DNA of 64,000 nt from Candidatus Aenigmatarchaeota archaeon (GCA_038999725.1 JAWBWS010000002.1:133135-197134); one strand, 5' to 3'; shown: positions 39,525 through 49,898, numbered from the stretch's first letter. Notes: generated by a model from the letters alone, not told the origin. Program-made: numbers and translations.

Positions 39525-40004
39525 TCACATCTTTTGTGGTAAAGGTTTTCTCAAAATTGGTGGTGGTGGGAAAGTTCTTGTCAATTTTCTTTCTATCTCT
39601 TCTAAAATTGAAATCATCGTCTCGTTGCTTTCTGCTATTTTCTTATTCGACTCTATCAATTCATTTATTCTTCCTGATAAACCCTTTGTTACTTCATCTT
39701 CAAACTTAAAAGGCTCTTCCGTTGCTGCAGCTTTCACATATGAAAGAAGTTCATTCAGTTTGTTAGTAAGCTCCTCCAATTTAATGGTTAATTTTGAAAT
39801 CTCCAAACGCAAGGCATCATTTGATTTTGAAAATTCGGTAACTATTTGTTGATTCATTCTCAAGACATCAACAACTTCCTTAAATATTTCTTTTACATCA
39901 ACTGCTGGTGAAACTGCCTCTAGCCTCTCTATCCTTTTTTCCAATTTTCTTAGAGGAGAAAGAGGCACTATTTCATATTCTTCTTTTTGATCCTTATCCT
40001 GCAT
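39525..40004 (-). CDS. Coiled-coil protein with Pro-rich C-terminus heading the pilus operon
   Basis: YEIVPLSPLRKLEKRI, heptad repeats, FPPPPILRKP tail. ATG 40004 used because the track start overlaps the thermosome gene. Confidence 0.7.
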   Translation of the reverse strand: MQDKDQKEEYEIVPLSPLRKLEKRIERLEAVSPAVDVKEIFKEVVDVLRMNQQIVTEFSKSNDALRLEISKLTIKLEELTNKLNELLSYVKAAATEEPFKFEDEVTKGLSGRINELIESNKKIAESNETMISILEEIERKLTRTFPPPPILRKPLPQKM

Positions 40005-40038
40005 AATACTATTTAAAAAAAGAGAAAATAAAAGCTTT

Positions 40039-41685
40039 TTATTCTTCACTCTCACTAGGTGGTGGAGTTGGTGTACTCTTCTCCAATTTGCTTGCCGCAA
40101 TCACATCGTCAATCCTTAGTATCATCTCTGCAGCTTCTGCAGCTGATTTGATTGCCTGTGTCTTAACTTTTAGTGGCTCTATCACGCCCATCTCAAAAGC
40201 GTCAGTCACTTTACCATCATATAGATTTATCCCATAGCTTACCTTTCCTTGCTCATGTGCTGCTCTAAGCTCAACTAAAATGTCGATTGGATCTAAACCA
40301 GCATTCTCTGCTAAAGTTTTTGGTATGATTTCCATGGCATCTGAAAAAGCAAGAATTGCTAGCTGTTCCCTCCCTGAGAATTTCTCAGCAAATTTCCTAA
40401 GCCTCTTTGCAATCTCAGCTTCTGGTGAGCCTGCCCCAGCAACAACTTTCCCAACCTCAAGAGCAGAAGCAACAGCACCTATAGCATCTTCTATGCTTCT
40501 GTCAATTTCATCCACTACATGTTCTGTGCTTCCCCTTACTAAAATGCTCACTGCTTTTGGATCTTTACACCCTCGTACAAAAGTCATTGCCTCCCCTGCT
40601 ATCTTTTTCTCTTCAACCACTTTTGCAAACCCAAGATCTTCTGGTGTAAGATCATCTAGATTTGAAATTATCTTGCCACCCGTTGCCTTTGCCAGTTTTT
40701 CCATGTCAGATTGCTTTACCCTTCTGCATGCAAGAATTCCTTTTTTTGCAAGGTAATGTTGAGCAACATCATCTATCCCTTTTTGACACAACACAACATT
40801 TGCATTCACTCGAACTATTTTCTCAACCATATTCTTTAGCATTCTCTGCTCTTGATCGAGGAAAGCTTGCATCTGCTCTGGTGATGTTATCCTTATTTCT
40901 GCATCCGTCTCAGGTTCTTTGACCTCGAGAGCAACATCCAGCAAAGCTATCCTTGCATTTTCCACTTTCCTCGGCATTGCTGGATGGACAACTTCCTTAT
41001 CAACAATTATGCCTTCTATTAATTCTGTTTCCTCTGCTGAACCACCATGCTTCTTCACCCTACTTATATCTTCTGTGTCCACTTCAATCCTACCATTAAC
41101 CTTTCTTGCTATTTTTCTTACTGCCTCGACCACAATTCCGGCAAGTTTTGGGGAAGCCTTTTCCATGCTTTTGCCGGACATTGAAGTTAAAGCTATTTTT
41201 GTAAGGGTTTCTGTGTCGTTGATATCTATCGGTTTTGCTATTTCTTCTAGTATCCTTAAAGCCTCGTCTTTTGCTATCTTAAAACCTTTTGTAATAACCG
41301 TTGGATGAATATCTTGATCGAGAAGCTCTTCTGCCTTTTTCAAAAGTTCACCTGCAATAACCACAGAAGTTGTTGTGCCGTCACCTACTTCCTCGTTTTG
41401 GGTCTTTGCCACTTCTACCATCATCTTGGCTGCAGGATGTTCGACATCCATCTCTTCGAGAATGGTGACACCATCATTTGTTATAACTATGTCGCCAATT
41501 GAATCAACTAGCATCTTATCCATCCCTTTTGGACCTAGGGTGGTTTTTATTGCATCTGCTACTGCCTTGGCTGCCGCTATGTTGTTCTTTTGGGCATCTC
41601 TTCCTGTGGAGCGAAGAGTGCCCTCTGGCAATATTAGAATTGGCTGCCCACCTAAGCTACCTAACATAGCCTTTCCATTCGTCAT
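40039..41685 (-). CDS. ths: Thermosome (group II chaperonin) subunit
   Basis: [40 protein letters not shown] before ATG 41685. Confidence 0.97.
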   Translation of the reverse strand: MTNGKAMLGSLGGQPILILPEGTLRSTGRDAQKNNIAAAKAVADAIKTTLGPKGMDKMLVDSIGDIVITNDGVTILEEMDVEHPAAKMMVEVAKTQNEEVGDGTTTSVVIAGELLKKAEELLDQDIHPTVITKGFKIAKDEALRILEEIAKPIDINDTETLTKIALTSMSGKSMEKASPKLAGIVVEAVRKIARKVNGRIEVDTEDISRVKKHGGSAEETELIEGIIVDKEVVHPAMPRKVENARIALLDVALEVKEPETDAEIRITSPEQMQAFLDQEQRMLKNMVEKIVRVNANVVLCQKGIDDVAQHYLAKKGILACRRVKQSDMEKLAKATGGKIISNLDDLTPEDLGFAKVVEEKKIAGEAMTFVRGCKDPKAVSILVRGSTEHVVDEIDRSIEDAIGAVASALEVGKVVAGAGSPEAEIAKRLRKFAEKFSGREQLAILAFSDAMEIIPKTLAENAGLDPIDILVELRAAHEQGKVSYGINLYDGKVTDAFEMGVIEPLKVKTQAIKSAAEAAEMILRIDDVIAASKLEKSTPTPPPSESEE

Positions 41686-41752
41686 ATTTAACACCTTAGA
41701 ATAGCTAATTTTTATATTACTTGCAAATATTTAAGAGTTTTGTCCTTGAGTT

Positions 41753-41760
41753 TTTAAATA
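41753..41760 (+). promoter_or_regulatory. Putative TATA box of the tRNA-Ile/lysS unit
   Basis: TTTAAATA ending 25 nt upstream of the tRNA 5' end. Confidence 0.5.
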
Positions 41761-41785
41761 AGGAAGAGTATTTAAAACTATATAT

Positions 41786-41881
41786 GGGCCTGTAGCTTAG
41801 TCTGGTGGAGCGTCCGCCTTATATGGGGAGCTCCCAACAGAAGAAAGCGGAAGGTCGAGAGTTCAAATCTCTCCAGGCCCA
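41786..41881 (+). tRNA. tRNA-Ile(UAU) with a 22-nt intron at 37/38 (41824-41845)
   Basis: Acceptor GGGCCTG/CAGGCCC-A, anticodon stem TCCGC/GCGGA, loop CT-TAT-A|intron|A, T arm GAGAG-TTCAAAT-CTCTC, short variable loop. Splice helix is imperfect (CTTA/GAAG). Confidence 0.82.
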
Positions 41882-41918
41882 TTAACTCTTTATTTTTTCG
41901 AGCACAATAATTGAAAAT

Positions 41919-43511
41919 ATGGAAAAGGAGTATGAATTCTGGCCAGACCAAGTAGCTAAGGAACTTGTGAAAAAATGGAAGGTGGAAAAACAAGTGGTAA
42001 CAACTGGTACCAGCATGTCTGGAGAACCACATATAGGTAGTGCTAATGATGTTGTAAGAGGGCATGCTATTTTCCTTGCTTTAAAAAGTATGGAAGTGCC
42101 TGCTGAATTGATTTGGATTTCTGACGATATGGACCCTTTCAGGTCTGTGCCCCAAGACATGCCGAGGGAACTAGTAAATTATCTTGGTATCCCCGTATGT
42201 TCAATCCCGGATTTCTGGGGCTGTCACTCCAACTTTGCTGAACACTTTGAAGATAAATTCATTCAGCAGTTAGAGAGTTTGTTTGTTGAGCCCACGATTT
42301 TGAAGGGGATTGAGATGTACAGGAGTGGTATGTATAATGATGTAATAAAGATTGCTATGGAAAAAAGAAGAGAAATTGCCAAAATCTTAAACAAATTTAG
42401 AATAACCCCATTGCCAGAGGATTGGTATCCAATCGATGTAATTTGTGAAAAGTGTGGAAAAATAAGCAACACTAAAATTTTAAGCTATGATGAAAAAGAT
42501 GCTGTGGTTGAATATGAGTGTGTGGAAGAAACTACCTTGCTTAAGAGAAAATATGAAGTGAGTGGGTGTGGCTATAAAGGAAAAACTTCCATACTGAACG
42601 GGAGAGCAAAACTGACTTGGCGTGTGGAGTGGCCTGCGCGCTGGGCCTTTCTGAAAACAACCTGTGAACCTTTTGGGAAGGAACATGCTGCTGCTGGTGG
42701 AAGCTGGGACACTGGAAAAGAAATAGTGAAGTTATTTGGATGGAAGCCACCCTATCCTTTGGTTTATGAACATTTTCTTGTGGATGGACAGAAAATGTCA
42801 AAATCTTTGGGGAATGTTATAACTGTGCCCGATATGCTGAAGTATATGAGACCAACACACTTAAGGTATTGGATGTTTCAAGGCAGGTTAACAATAGCAA
42901 AGGACATCAACTTGAAAAGGATGGTTCCCATGCTTTGGAATGAGTTTGATAGAGCAGAGAGAATTTACTTTGGTCTTGAGAGTTCTGGAAATGAAAGGAA
43001 GGATAAAAATTTCAAGAGAGCTTATGAGCTTGCTGTTGTGGGGCCAAAAAAGCTTTCTCCTCTCCATGTCCCATTTGAAGTTATGGTTGAGATTGTAAAG
43101 ATTTTGCCGGAAAAGAATCAGGTTGAGTTTGTAATCAAGAGGTTGAAGGAATTCAAAAGGTTGAAGGAGGAGAGTGAAGAAGTGAAGGAAGAAATTGGAA
43201 AAAGGATTGAATTTGCGAAAAGATGGTATGAAGATTTTGGGAAGATTAAGGGTATTGGGATTGAAATTGGTGAAAGAGAAAAGGCAGCTATTACTGAACT
43301 CATAAAAATTGTGGAAAAAGAAGAAGACGGGGAAGAAATTCAAAAGAAAATATTTGAAGTAGCAAGAAGATTTGACATAGCTACTGCCGAATTCTTTAAG
43401 ATTTTATACAAGGTGATATTGAACTCTGACAGAGGACCAAGACTTGGACCTTATATCATTGAAGTAGGAAAAGAAGAAATATTAAAAAAGTTAAAGAGGG
43501 TTATAGAATAA
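41919..43511 (+). CDS. lysS: Lysine--tRNA ligase, class I
   Basis: SGEPHIGS, SDDMDP, KLTWRVEWPARW, EPFGKEH, KMSKSLGN, GPRLG. Confidence 0.96.
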   Translation: MEKEYEFWPDQVAKELVKKWKVEKQVVTTGTSMSGEPHIGSANDVVRGHAIFLALKSMEVPAELIWISDDMDPFRSVPQDMPRELVNYLGIPVCSIPDFWGCHSNFAEHFEDKFIQQLESLFVEPTILKGIEMYRSGMYNDVIKIAMEKRREIAKILNKFRITPLPEDWYPIDVICEKCGKISNTKILSYDEKDAVVEYECVEETTLLKRKYEVSGCGYKGKTSILNGRAKLTWRVEWPARWAFLKTTCEPFGKEHAAAGGSWDTGKEIVKLFGWKPPYPLVYEHFLVDGQKMSKSLGNVITVPDMLKYMRPTHLRYWMFQGRLTIAKDINLKRMVPMLWNEFDRAERIYFGLESSGNERKDKNFKRAYELAVVGPKKLSPLHVPFEVMVEIVKILPEKNQVEFVIKRLKEFKRLKEESEEVKEEIGKRIEFAKRWYEDFGKIKGIGIEIGEREKAAITELIKIVEKEEDGEEIQKKIFEVARRFDIATAEFFKILYKVILNSDRGPRLGPYIIEVGKEEILKKLKRVIE

Positions 43512-43512
43512 T

Positions 43513-44220
43513 ATGGCAACAAGAAAAATTTTTTGGGAAGATCCATATCAAAAGGAATTTGATGCCAAAGTTTTGGCTATAGATGGAAATAAGGTAGTTC
43601 TTGACCAAACTTGTTTTTATGCCACAAGCGGGGGACAAATAAATGATACTGGAGAAATAAATGGGATAAGGGTCGTTGATGTAATAAGGGAAGGAGAAGA
43701 TTCTATAGTTCATGTGCTTGAGAAAGAGCCTAACTTTAAGGTTGGGGATGTTGTACATGGTAAGATTGATTGGGAAAGAAGGTATAACATCATGCGCTTG
43801 CACTCTGCTGCCCATGTCATTTCTGCTGCTCTTTTAGAAAGTTTTGGAGATGTTTTGTTCACAGGAAGCCAAATTTACCCCGATAGGGCAAGAATGGACT
43901 TTAACTTGGAGAAGCTTGATGATGAAATCGTGAAAAAAATAGAAGAAAAGGCCAATGAGATTGTTTCTCTTGGCTTACCTATAACTTCCAGAATAATCTC
44001 TAAAGAAGAGCTTGAAGCTAACCCAAAGTTGATGAGGCTTGCAGATGTTTCACACTACAAACAATTCAAAGTTTTAAGGGTTGTTGAAATTGGTGATATA
44101 GATTCTCAGCTTGATGGTGGCACACATGTGTCAAACACGAAAGAAATTGGAAGAATAAAAATAATCAAAAGGGAAAACAAAGGTAAAAATAATCGTAGGA
44201 TAACTATTATTGTAGAATGA
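43513..44220 (+). CDS. alaXM: Stand-alone alanyl-tRNA editing protein (AlaX-M)
   Basis: FYATSGGQ, MRLHSAAH, DGGTHV, KGKNNRR. Confidence 0.9.
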   Translation: MATRKIFWEDPYQKEFDAKVLAIDGNKVVLDQTCFYATSGGQINDTGEINGIRVVDVIREGEDSIVHVLEKEPNFKVGDVVHGKIDWERRYNIMRLHSAAHVISAALLESFGDVLFTGSQIYPDRARMDFNLEKLDDEIVKKIEEKANEIVSLGLPITSRIISKEELEANPKLMRLADVSHYKQFKVLRVVEIGDIDSQLDGGTHVSNTKEIGRIKIIKRENKGKNNRRITIIVE

Positions 44221-45266
44221 TTGAATCAAAAGTTTTTAAAAATGAGGAAGTCTTACATCCAGAGTATTTACCAGAGAATTTGCCCCATAGGGAAGGGCAA
44301 ATAAAGCATCTGGCTGAAAATTTGATTCCTGCTGCTCAAAAGAGGATACCGCAAAACACCTTTATATTCGGTCCACCAGGCACAGGAAAAACAGCTTCAG
44401 CAAAATTTGTCTTTAAGGAATTTGAAAATTATTCTGGAATTAAAACAATTTACATAAACTGTTGGGATTATAAAACTATAGCTTCCATCTTCGCCAAAAT
44501 TTGCTTGGAACTTGGCGGCTTTGCCCAGAGAAGGGGTGTAAGCAAAGATGAAATTCTTGAAAGGTTTGTAGAAATTTCCAACAAGCTTGGCAGAGGATTG
44601 ATAATTTGCTTAGATGAAGTTGACCAGCTCATTTTTCATGATAAAGCTGCGCTTTATGATCTGCTTAGAATTAACCAATATGTGAAAGTTCCTGTTGGTT
44701 TAGTTTTTATTTCAAATAATCAATTTGTTTTTGCAAATGTTGAACCAAGGATTAAGAGCAGCTTGAATATAGAAGAAATGGAATTTAAACCTTATTCACT
44801 ATTAGAGATGAAAGATATACTTGAAGAAAGAGCAAAGCTTGCTTTCACTTCTTTCGAAAGCGCTGCAATTTTGCTTGCTGCAAACCATGCCGTTCAGAAT
44901 GGGGGAGATGTGAGAGTTGGCTTGGAATGCTTGCTCAAAGCTGGAAGGCTTGCTGAAAAAGAAGGTTCTAACAAGCTTGGTGTTTCACATTTGAAAGCTA
45001 TTTTACCAAGCATCAAACCTATAAAACCAGAAATCTTGAGAGAAAGGTTAAACCTAGATGAAAAAATCATTCTCCAGATTGTGGAAGAAAAAAAGAGGAT
45101 TTTTACTAACGAACTTTATGAGATTTACTGCAAAAGAATTGAACTTCCTGTAGGTGAGAGAAGATTTAGGGATTTTTTGAAGCACCTAGAAGAAATTGGG
45201 ATGATAAAAATTTTAAGTAGGAGGAGAGGCATTGCTGGAAGAAAAAGAATTGTGGTAAAAATATAA
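44217..45266 (+). CDS. cdc6: Orc1/Cdc6 family AAA+ ATPase
   Basis: LPHREGQI, GPPGTGKT, YINCW, LDEVD, FKPYS, GDVR, C-terminal wHTH. Confidence 0.88.
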   Translation: MIESKVFKNEEVLHPEYLPENLPHREGQIKHLAENLIPAAQKRIPQNTFIFGPPGTGKTASAKFVFKEFENYSGIKTIYINCWDYKTIASIFAKICLELGGFAQRRGVSKDEILERFVEISNKLGRGLIICLDEVDQLIFHDKAALYDLLRINQYVKVPVGLVFISNNQFVFANVEPRIKSSLNIEEMEFKPYSLLEMKDILEERAKLAFTSFESAAILLAANHAVQNGGDVRVGLECLLKAGRLAEKEGSNKLGVSHLKAILPSIKPIKPEILRERLNLDEKIILQIVEEKKRIFTNELYEIYCKRIELPVGERRFRDFLKHLEEIGMIKILSRRRGIAGRKRIVVKI

Positions 45267-45309
45267 AGGCGAAAATGCTTAGTTTTGAAACAACAAAATA
45301 TTAGATAGA

Positions 45310-47433
45310 ATGGGTAAAAAATCAATTAAAAAATCCATCAAAGACAATTTTGAAGGAATTGTTGATGCATTTTTGCTTATTTCTATATTATTATTTCTCC
45401 TTTATCACTTCAAACCAGAATTTCTGTTTTCCAAGACAACAATTGCTGGTGGGGACATGGTTTCCCATTTTGTACTTTTACATTATCTCAAGAATTACCT
45501 TATGCCACATGGAAAATTAATTGGTTGGTATCCTCATTGGCTCTGTGGTTTACCAATGTTTCAGTTTTATTTTATACCACCATACTTAGCTATGTCGTTG
45601 CTAAGCTATTTGATACCTCTCGAAATTTCATTTAAACTAATCAGTGTTCTTGGTATTTTTCTATTACCATTCACGACTTATTGGTCAATGAAATTAATGG
45701 AATTCAAATTTCCGACACCTATAGTAGCATCAATCTTAAGTCTCATGTTTCTTTTCCTCGAGACAAATTCATACTATGGGGGGAACATACCAAGCACACT
45801 TGCGGGAGAAATCTCTTACAGTATAAGTTTTTCTTTGATGATTTTGTTCTTTGGCCTTCTTTACAAAGGGGTGAAAACTGAGAAATATTTTATTTCAAAT
45901 ACATTGCTCTTAACTTTAGTTGTTTTAACTCATGTGTATACTTCCATCTTGATGTTTCTTGTATCTTCTTTCTTCATATTAACCAAAAAACTAGAGGGTT
46001 TAAGGTATTTGGTTAGCATTGGTGTTTTATCCTTCTTTTTGGTAGCTTTTTGGCTATTACCTTTTATTTTTAAATTCAATTATTCTGCTGCTCCAAAAGA
46101 ATTGTTAAGCCAAGTTGACATTAGCCTTATATTCATACCACATTATACAGTCTTCTATCTTTTGGCCTCATTGTCTGCATTAATTGGCATAAAAAATAGA
46201 GACTTGAAAATCCTTTATATTTGTTTTACAATTCTCATAGCTCTTATCTTATTCTTATTTGCCAATAAAGTCTTAAATTTACTTTACATAAGATTTGCGC
46301 CATTTTTATATTTCTTCCCACTTCTTTTAGCGGCTGATGGTTTAGAAAAAATTTCATTGAAACTTAAAAAAATTATACCACTGATATTGTTTTTAATCAT
46401 TTTAATTTGGTTAATAAAAAATGTCTCATACATACCATATTGGATAAAATGGAATTATGAGGGGCTTGAAGGAAAGTCGACTTGGAGTGAATTCAAAAAT
46501 GTTTTAGATGAAATCAAAAAGCTGAACGAGTCTGGAAGAATCATAGTTGAATACTCTACTGCTTATGATAAATATGGTTCTCCAAGAGTTTTTGAAGTGT
46601 CGCCTGTTTTCACGAACAAAAGTGTCATGGAAGGTTTGTTGCTAGAATCCTCACTCACGTTCCCATTTTATTATTATATACAGAAAGAAATTGCAGAGAC
46701 TACATGGTGGCCAGGATTCCCCATCAAATATCCTGATTTTAATTTAACTTCTGGAGCTGAGCATCTCAGATTATTCAATGTAAAATATTATTTAGTTTCA
46801 TCTGAGAAAATAAAGGAAGAGATAAAAAAGAATAAAAATTACAGATTTCTTAAGAGTGTGCATGGATTTGAATTTTATTCGTTGAATGAAGATTCTAGAT
46901 ATGTCGAGCTGTCTAAAAATGAACCCGTCCTTGTTTTAACGGATGATTGGAAATCTTTATCTTACGAATGGTTCGGTTCCAATTTCTTAAATGTCCCCTT
47001 GGTGTTCGTTTCTGGTAATGATATAAATGATTTTAACCATTTCAGGATAGTTGTCGTAAACAAGTCAATAGAAGTTCCAAAAGGCAAATTGGTTTTCAAT
47101 AATATATATGAAGCGATGAAAGAATCAAAAACTGTTGAGCAAGATTGTAATATCACCGAAACTGTAAGTGAAGAGGAAATAGAAATTGAAACAAATTGTA
47201 TTGATAAACCAGTGATAATTAAAGTCCCTTATTTTCCAAATTGGAAAGTAAGTGGAGCAGAAAAGATCTATTTGAGTTCACCTAACCTAATGATGATATT
47301 TCCAAAAGAAAATCGTGTGAAACTTTATTATGGAAATACTGGAGTGGATATTGTTAGCACTTTGTTGAGCCTAATTGGGAGTTTTTGCCTAGTAGTCATT
47401 ATTTTAAGAAATTTGATGAAAAAGTTTAGCTAA
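45310..47433 (+). CDS. Multi-pass membrane protein, 6-pyruvoyl-tetrahydropterin synthase-related (probable GT-C glycosyltransferase)
   Basis: GGDMVSH, GWYPHWLCGLPMFQFY, GGNIPSTLAGE, WNYEGLE, YFPNW; many TM helices; convergent with a GT2 gene. Confidence 0.75.
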   Translation: MGKKSIKKSIKDNFEGIVDAFLLISILLFLLYHFKPEFLFSKTTIAGGDMVSHFVLLHYLKNYLMPHGKLIGWYPHWLCGLPMFQFYFIPPYLAMSLLSYLIPLEISFKLISVLGIFLLPFTTYWSMKLMEFKFPTPIVASILSLMFLFLETNSYYGGNIPSTLAGEISYSISFSLMILFFGLLYKGVKTEKYFISNTLLLTLVVLTHVYTSILMFLVSSFFILTKKLEGLRYLVSIGVLSFFLVAFWLLPFIFKFNYSAAPKELLSQVDISLIFIPHYTVFYLLASLSALIGIKNRDLKILYICFTILIALILFLFANKVLNLLYIRFAPFLYFFPLLLAADGLEKISLKLKKIIPLILFLIILIWLIKNVSYIPYWIKWNYEGLEGKSTWSEFKNVLDEIKKLNESGRIIVEYSTAYDKYGSPRVFEVSPVFTNKSVMEGLLLESSLTFPFYYYIQKEIAETTWWPGFPIKYPDFNLTSGAEHLRLFNVKYYLVSSEKIKEEIKKNKNYRFLKSVHGFEFYSLNEDSRYVELSKNEPVLVLTDDWKSLSYEWFGSNFLNVPLVFVSGNDINDFNHFRIVVVNKSIEVPKGKLVFNNIYEAMKESKTVEQDCNITETVSEEEIEIETNCIDKPVIIKVPYFPNWKVSGAEKIYLSSPNLMMIFPKENRVKLYYGNTGVDIVSTLLSLIGSFCLVVIILRNLMKKFS

Positions 47434-47442
47434 GTAGTTTTC

Positions 47443-48153
47443 TCAATAGTTAATGATATGCATCCTAAACCATAAGTTTAACAGTTTAAAGAATGCTTTA
47501 GCTGAGTCAATTAAAATATTGTAGTGTGTCTTTCTCCTATCATTGCAAATTACTGGAATTTCTATAATCTTCAAACCAGCCTTTTTAGATTTCAATAGAA
47601 GCTCCACATCAAAGAAAAGATCTTCTGATTCTACCTCTTCTGACAATTTCTTAATCTTAGATTTTCTAAAAGCCTTGACAGATTGAGTGTCGGTTATCCC
47701 CAAATCAAAGAAAATGTTAACAAGAAAATTGAAAATGGTGGAAAAAATTTTTCTTACAGTAGGTCTTCTCACAATACTTTTTTTAACTTTTTTTGAGCCT
47801 ATCACTAAATCATATTTTTTTAAGTATGCGAGAGAGTCGTCAATAAATCTCAAATCAAATGACATATCAATAGGTAAAAAGATTATGTTTTCGAATTTGG
47901 CTTTTCTTATCATCTCTTTTAAAGCCAGTCCTATACCCCTTTTTTCTATTCGGATGAATTTAATTTTCTCGAACTTCTTTGAAAGATTTATTCCTTTTTT
48001 ATATGTTAAATCGGTTGAGCCATTGTCACATAAAATTATCTCATATCTTCTCCATCTTCTTTCCATGTATTCCATTATTCTTTTCGAATTTTTTTCGAGA
48101 ATCTTCCCTTCATTATACACTGGTATTATTATGGAGGTGGGAATATCATTCAC
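47443..48153 (-). CDS. Glycosyltransferase family 2 (dolichyl-phosphate sugar synthase-like)
   Basis: IIIPVYNE, DNGSTD, GIGLA, ITDTQS, FDVELL, EIPV. Confidence 0.88.
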   Translation of the reverse strand: MNDIPTSIIIPVYNEGKILEKNSKRIMEYMERRWRRYEIILCDNGSTDLTYKKGINLSKKFEKIKFIRIEKRGIGLALKEMIRKAKFENIIFLPIDMSFDLRFIDDSLAYLKKYDLVIGSKKVKKSIVRRPTVRKIFSTIFNFLVNIFFDLGITDTQSVKAFRKSKIKKLSEEVESEDLFFDVELLLKSKKAGLKIIEIPVICNDRRKTHYNILIDSAKAFFKLLNLWFRMHIINY

Positions 48154-48178
48154 ATAAATATCATATTTTTAAAGATAT

Positions 48179-48907
48179 TTAAGAGGAGAGTAAGCCAGCT
48201 TTATCAGCCAAGATGAATACAAGTTGTCTTATCTCAAATCTAGGTCTCCATTTGAAAACCTCATTGCTGGAAAGCCTTATTGTTCCCCTATCTCCATTTA
48301 TCGTCACTTGGTACCGATTATTTTCATTCAAAAATTTTATTCCTGGTCTAAATGTTATAACCCTTAAATTCTCAGGGTATTTCCTTAAGCACTCTAAATA
48401 TTTTTCATTCTTCTCCAAGCAATTTGCCCTTAGAATTTCGTAAACCAAACCATCAACATGCTTGAATATCGCTTGCTTAAGCTCGATTGCATGATTAAAA
48501 TAAATTTTCTGAAGTTGCTTTGAACTAAGAGTTATGGGTTTAAATTTTACTTTTAACAAACTCTCGAGAAAAGAAATTACCTCTTCAGTTTTTTCATCAG
48601 GACCACGATAAACTTCAAGAGTTTTAGAGAAAGTGTTTAGGAAGCAATAAGTCCTTTTCAAAACTTTTTGCTTCCCATTTTTCTTTAAAAAAGAAACTAT
48701 TTCATAAATATCTTCTTCACTCATAGCTTTCCTTAGGGCAGTTTCAATATCTTCATAGTACCAATACTGTAAGAAAACTTCCCCTTTACTGTATTTGCTT
48801 TCTTTTGCAGTTATCCAACTACTTCCATTCTTCTTCCCATTTAAAACCCTAACAATTTCCTTAACATCTGGTAAATTTTTGAAAGTGAAAACTGTTATTA
48901 TAGGCAT
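48179..48907 (-). CDS. Hypothetical protein (~242 aa)
   Basis: Long ORF with normal composition; ATG 48907 preferred to the track start; no family recognised. Confidence 0.7.
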   Translation of the reverse strand: MPIITVFTFKNLPDVKEIVRVLNGKKNGSSWITAKESKYSKGEVFLQYWYYEDIETALRKAMSEEDIYEIVSFLKKNGKQKVLKRTYCFLNTFSKTLEVYRGPDEKTEEVISFLESLLKVKFKPITLSSKQLQKIYFNHAIELKQAIFKHVDGLVYEILRANCLEKNEKYLECLRKYPENLRVITFRPGIKFLNENNRYQVTINGDRGTIRLSSNEVFKWRPRFEIRQLVFILADKAGLLSS

Positions 48908-48966
48908 TTTTAGAAGTTGAAAAAAAGTGTTTAATATAAATTTTGAACTTACTTGGCAGGTGAAAA

Positions 48967-49440
48967 TCATCCTTTCCAAACAATTATTCTTGCCAGTACA
49001 GTTTTAATTTCACCATTTAAATCCTGAATCAACAAAGGCAATTCATAAACAACCCTCGTCATTGAGCCCATTGGTGTCTTTCCGTAGTAAGGAGAAACTC
49101 TCAATATAGTGGAATTTTGAAATTGGTGGCCTGTGGCATTTTTTATTGTAACTGTGACGAGAAAAGAACCTATCTTACTTGGTGCATTAAAGGTACAGCT
49201 CCAATTTCCATCATTTGTGTCGGGACAAGTGTAAGTTAAACCATTAACTGTCAAATTAACCGTGCCACTTATTCCAGTCCCATTTTGATATTTGGCAATC
49301 CCGCTTGCTGTCACACTATCATTCCACCAAACTTTTGTAGAGTTTAGATTGATGGTAATTGTATATGAATTTGAAGCTAGAGAAAAAGCAAACAATAAAA
49401 ATATGAAGAACAGTGAAAAAATTAGCAAACCTCTCTTCAT
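48967..49440 (-). CDS. Secreted Ig-like beta-sandwich protein
   Basis: Signal peptide; DGNWSCTFNAP...GSFLVTVT pattern; N-glycosylation sequons. Confidence 0.65.
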   Translation of the reverse strand: MKRGLLIFSLFFIFLLFAFSLASNSYTITINLNSTKVWWNDSVTASGIAKYQNGTGISGTVNLTVNGLTYTCPDTNDGNWSCTFNAPSKIGSFLVTVTIKNATGHQFQNSTILRVSPYYGKTPMGSMTRVVYELPLLIQDLNGEIKTVLARIIVWKG

Positions 49441-49481
49441 ATTATTTATTAAGTTAACACTTCAAATTAAATTGTGGTTGT

Positions 49482-49898
49482 ATGGATGAAGAGAAAGATT
49501 TGCAAAAAAAAATAATAGCTTATAGATTAATAGAAGCTAGGATTGGGGGGCTTCTTAAGCAAAGGGAAATTTTGCTTAATGGGTTGATGGAAATTGAAGA
49601 AAGCATAGCTGGGATAGAAGAATTGAAGAAGAAAGGGGATGATATCCTCTTTTCTTTAGGTTCGCAAACATACATCCCTTGCCAAATATCCAAGAAAGAT
49701 AAAATCATAGTTGAGATTGGAGCGGGTGTTGCAATAGAAAAAAGTTTGGAAGATGGAAAGCAAATTCTGAAGAAAAGAAAGGAAGATATTGAAAAGTCAA
49801 TAGCAAGTATAGAAGTTGTAATAAATCAACTCTCTTCTAAATTGAAGGAGTTGGAAGAAGAAATAGGAAAGATAGTAGAAAAAAGAAAGGCTGGTTAA
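49482..49898 (+). CDS. pfdA: Prefoldin subunit alpha
   Basis: Coiled coil - beta hairpins (IIVEIGAGVAIEK) - coiled coil; upstream of ftsY. Confidence 0.92.
   Translation: MDEEKDLQKKIIAYRLIEARIGGLLKQREILLNGLMEIEESIAGIEELKKKGDDILFSLGSQTYIPCQISKKDKIIVEIGAGVAIEKSLEDGKQILKKRKEDIEKSIASIEVVINQLSSKLKELEEEIGKIVEKRKAG

Noticed and set aside
41778..42160. Track ORFs 41778-42065 and 41882-42160 on the minus strand
   Set aside because: Antisense shadows of tRNA-Ile and lysS, with no protein-like features.
43513..44220. AlaX editing motif DGGTH instead of CGGTH
   Set aside because: As far as I recall, Asp at this position occurs in other archaeal AlaX-M proteins, so it is not treated as novel.
44217..45309. 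Replication origin beside cdc6
   Set aside because: cdc6 overlaps alaX and has only a 43-nt downstream gap; no ORB-like repeats recognised.
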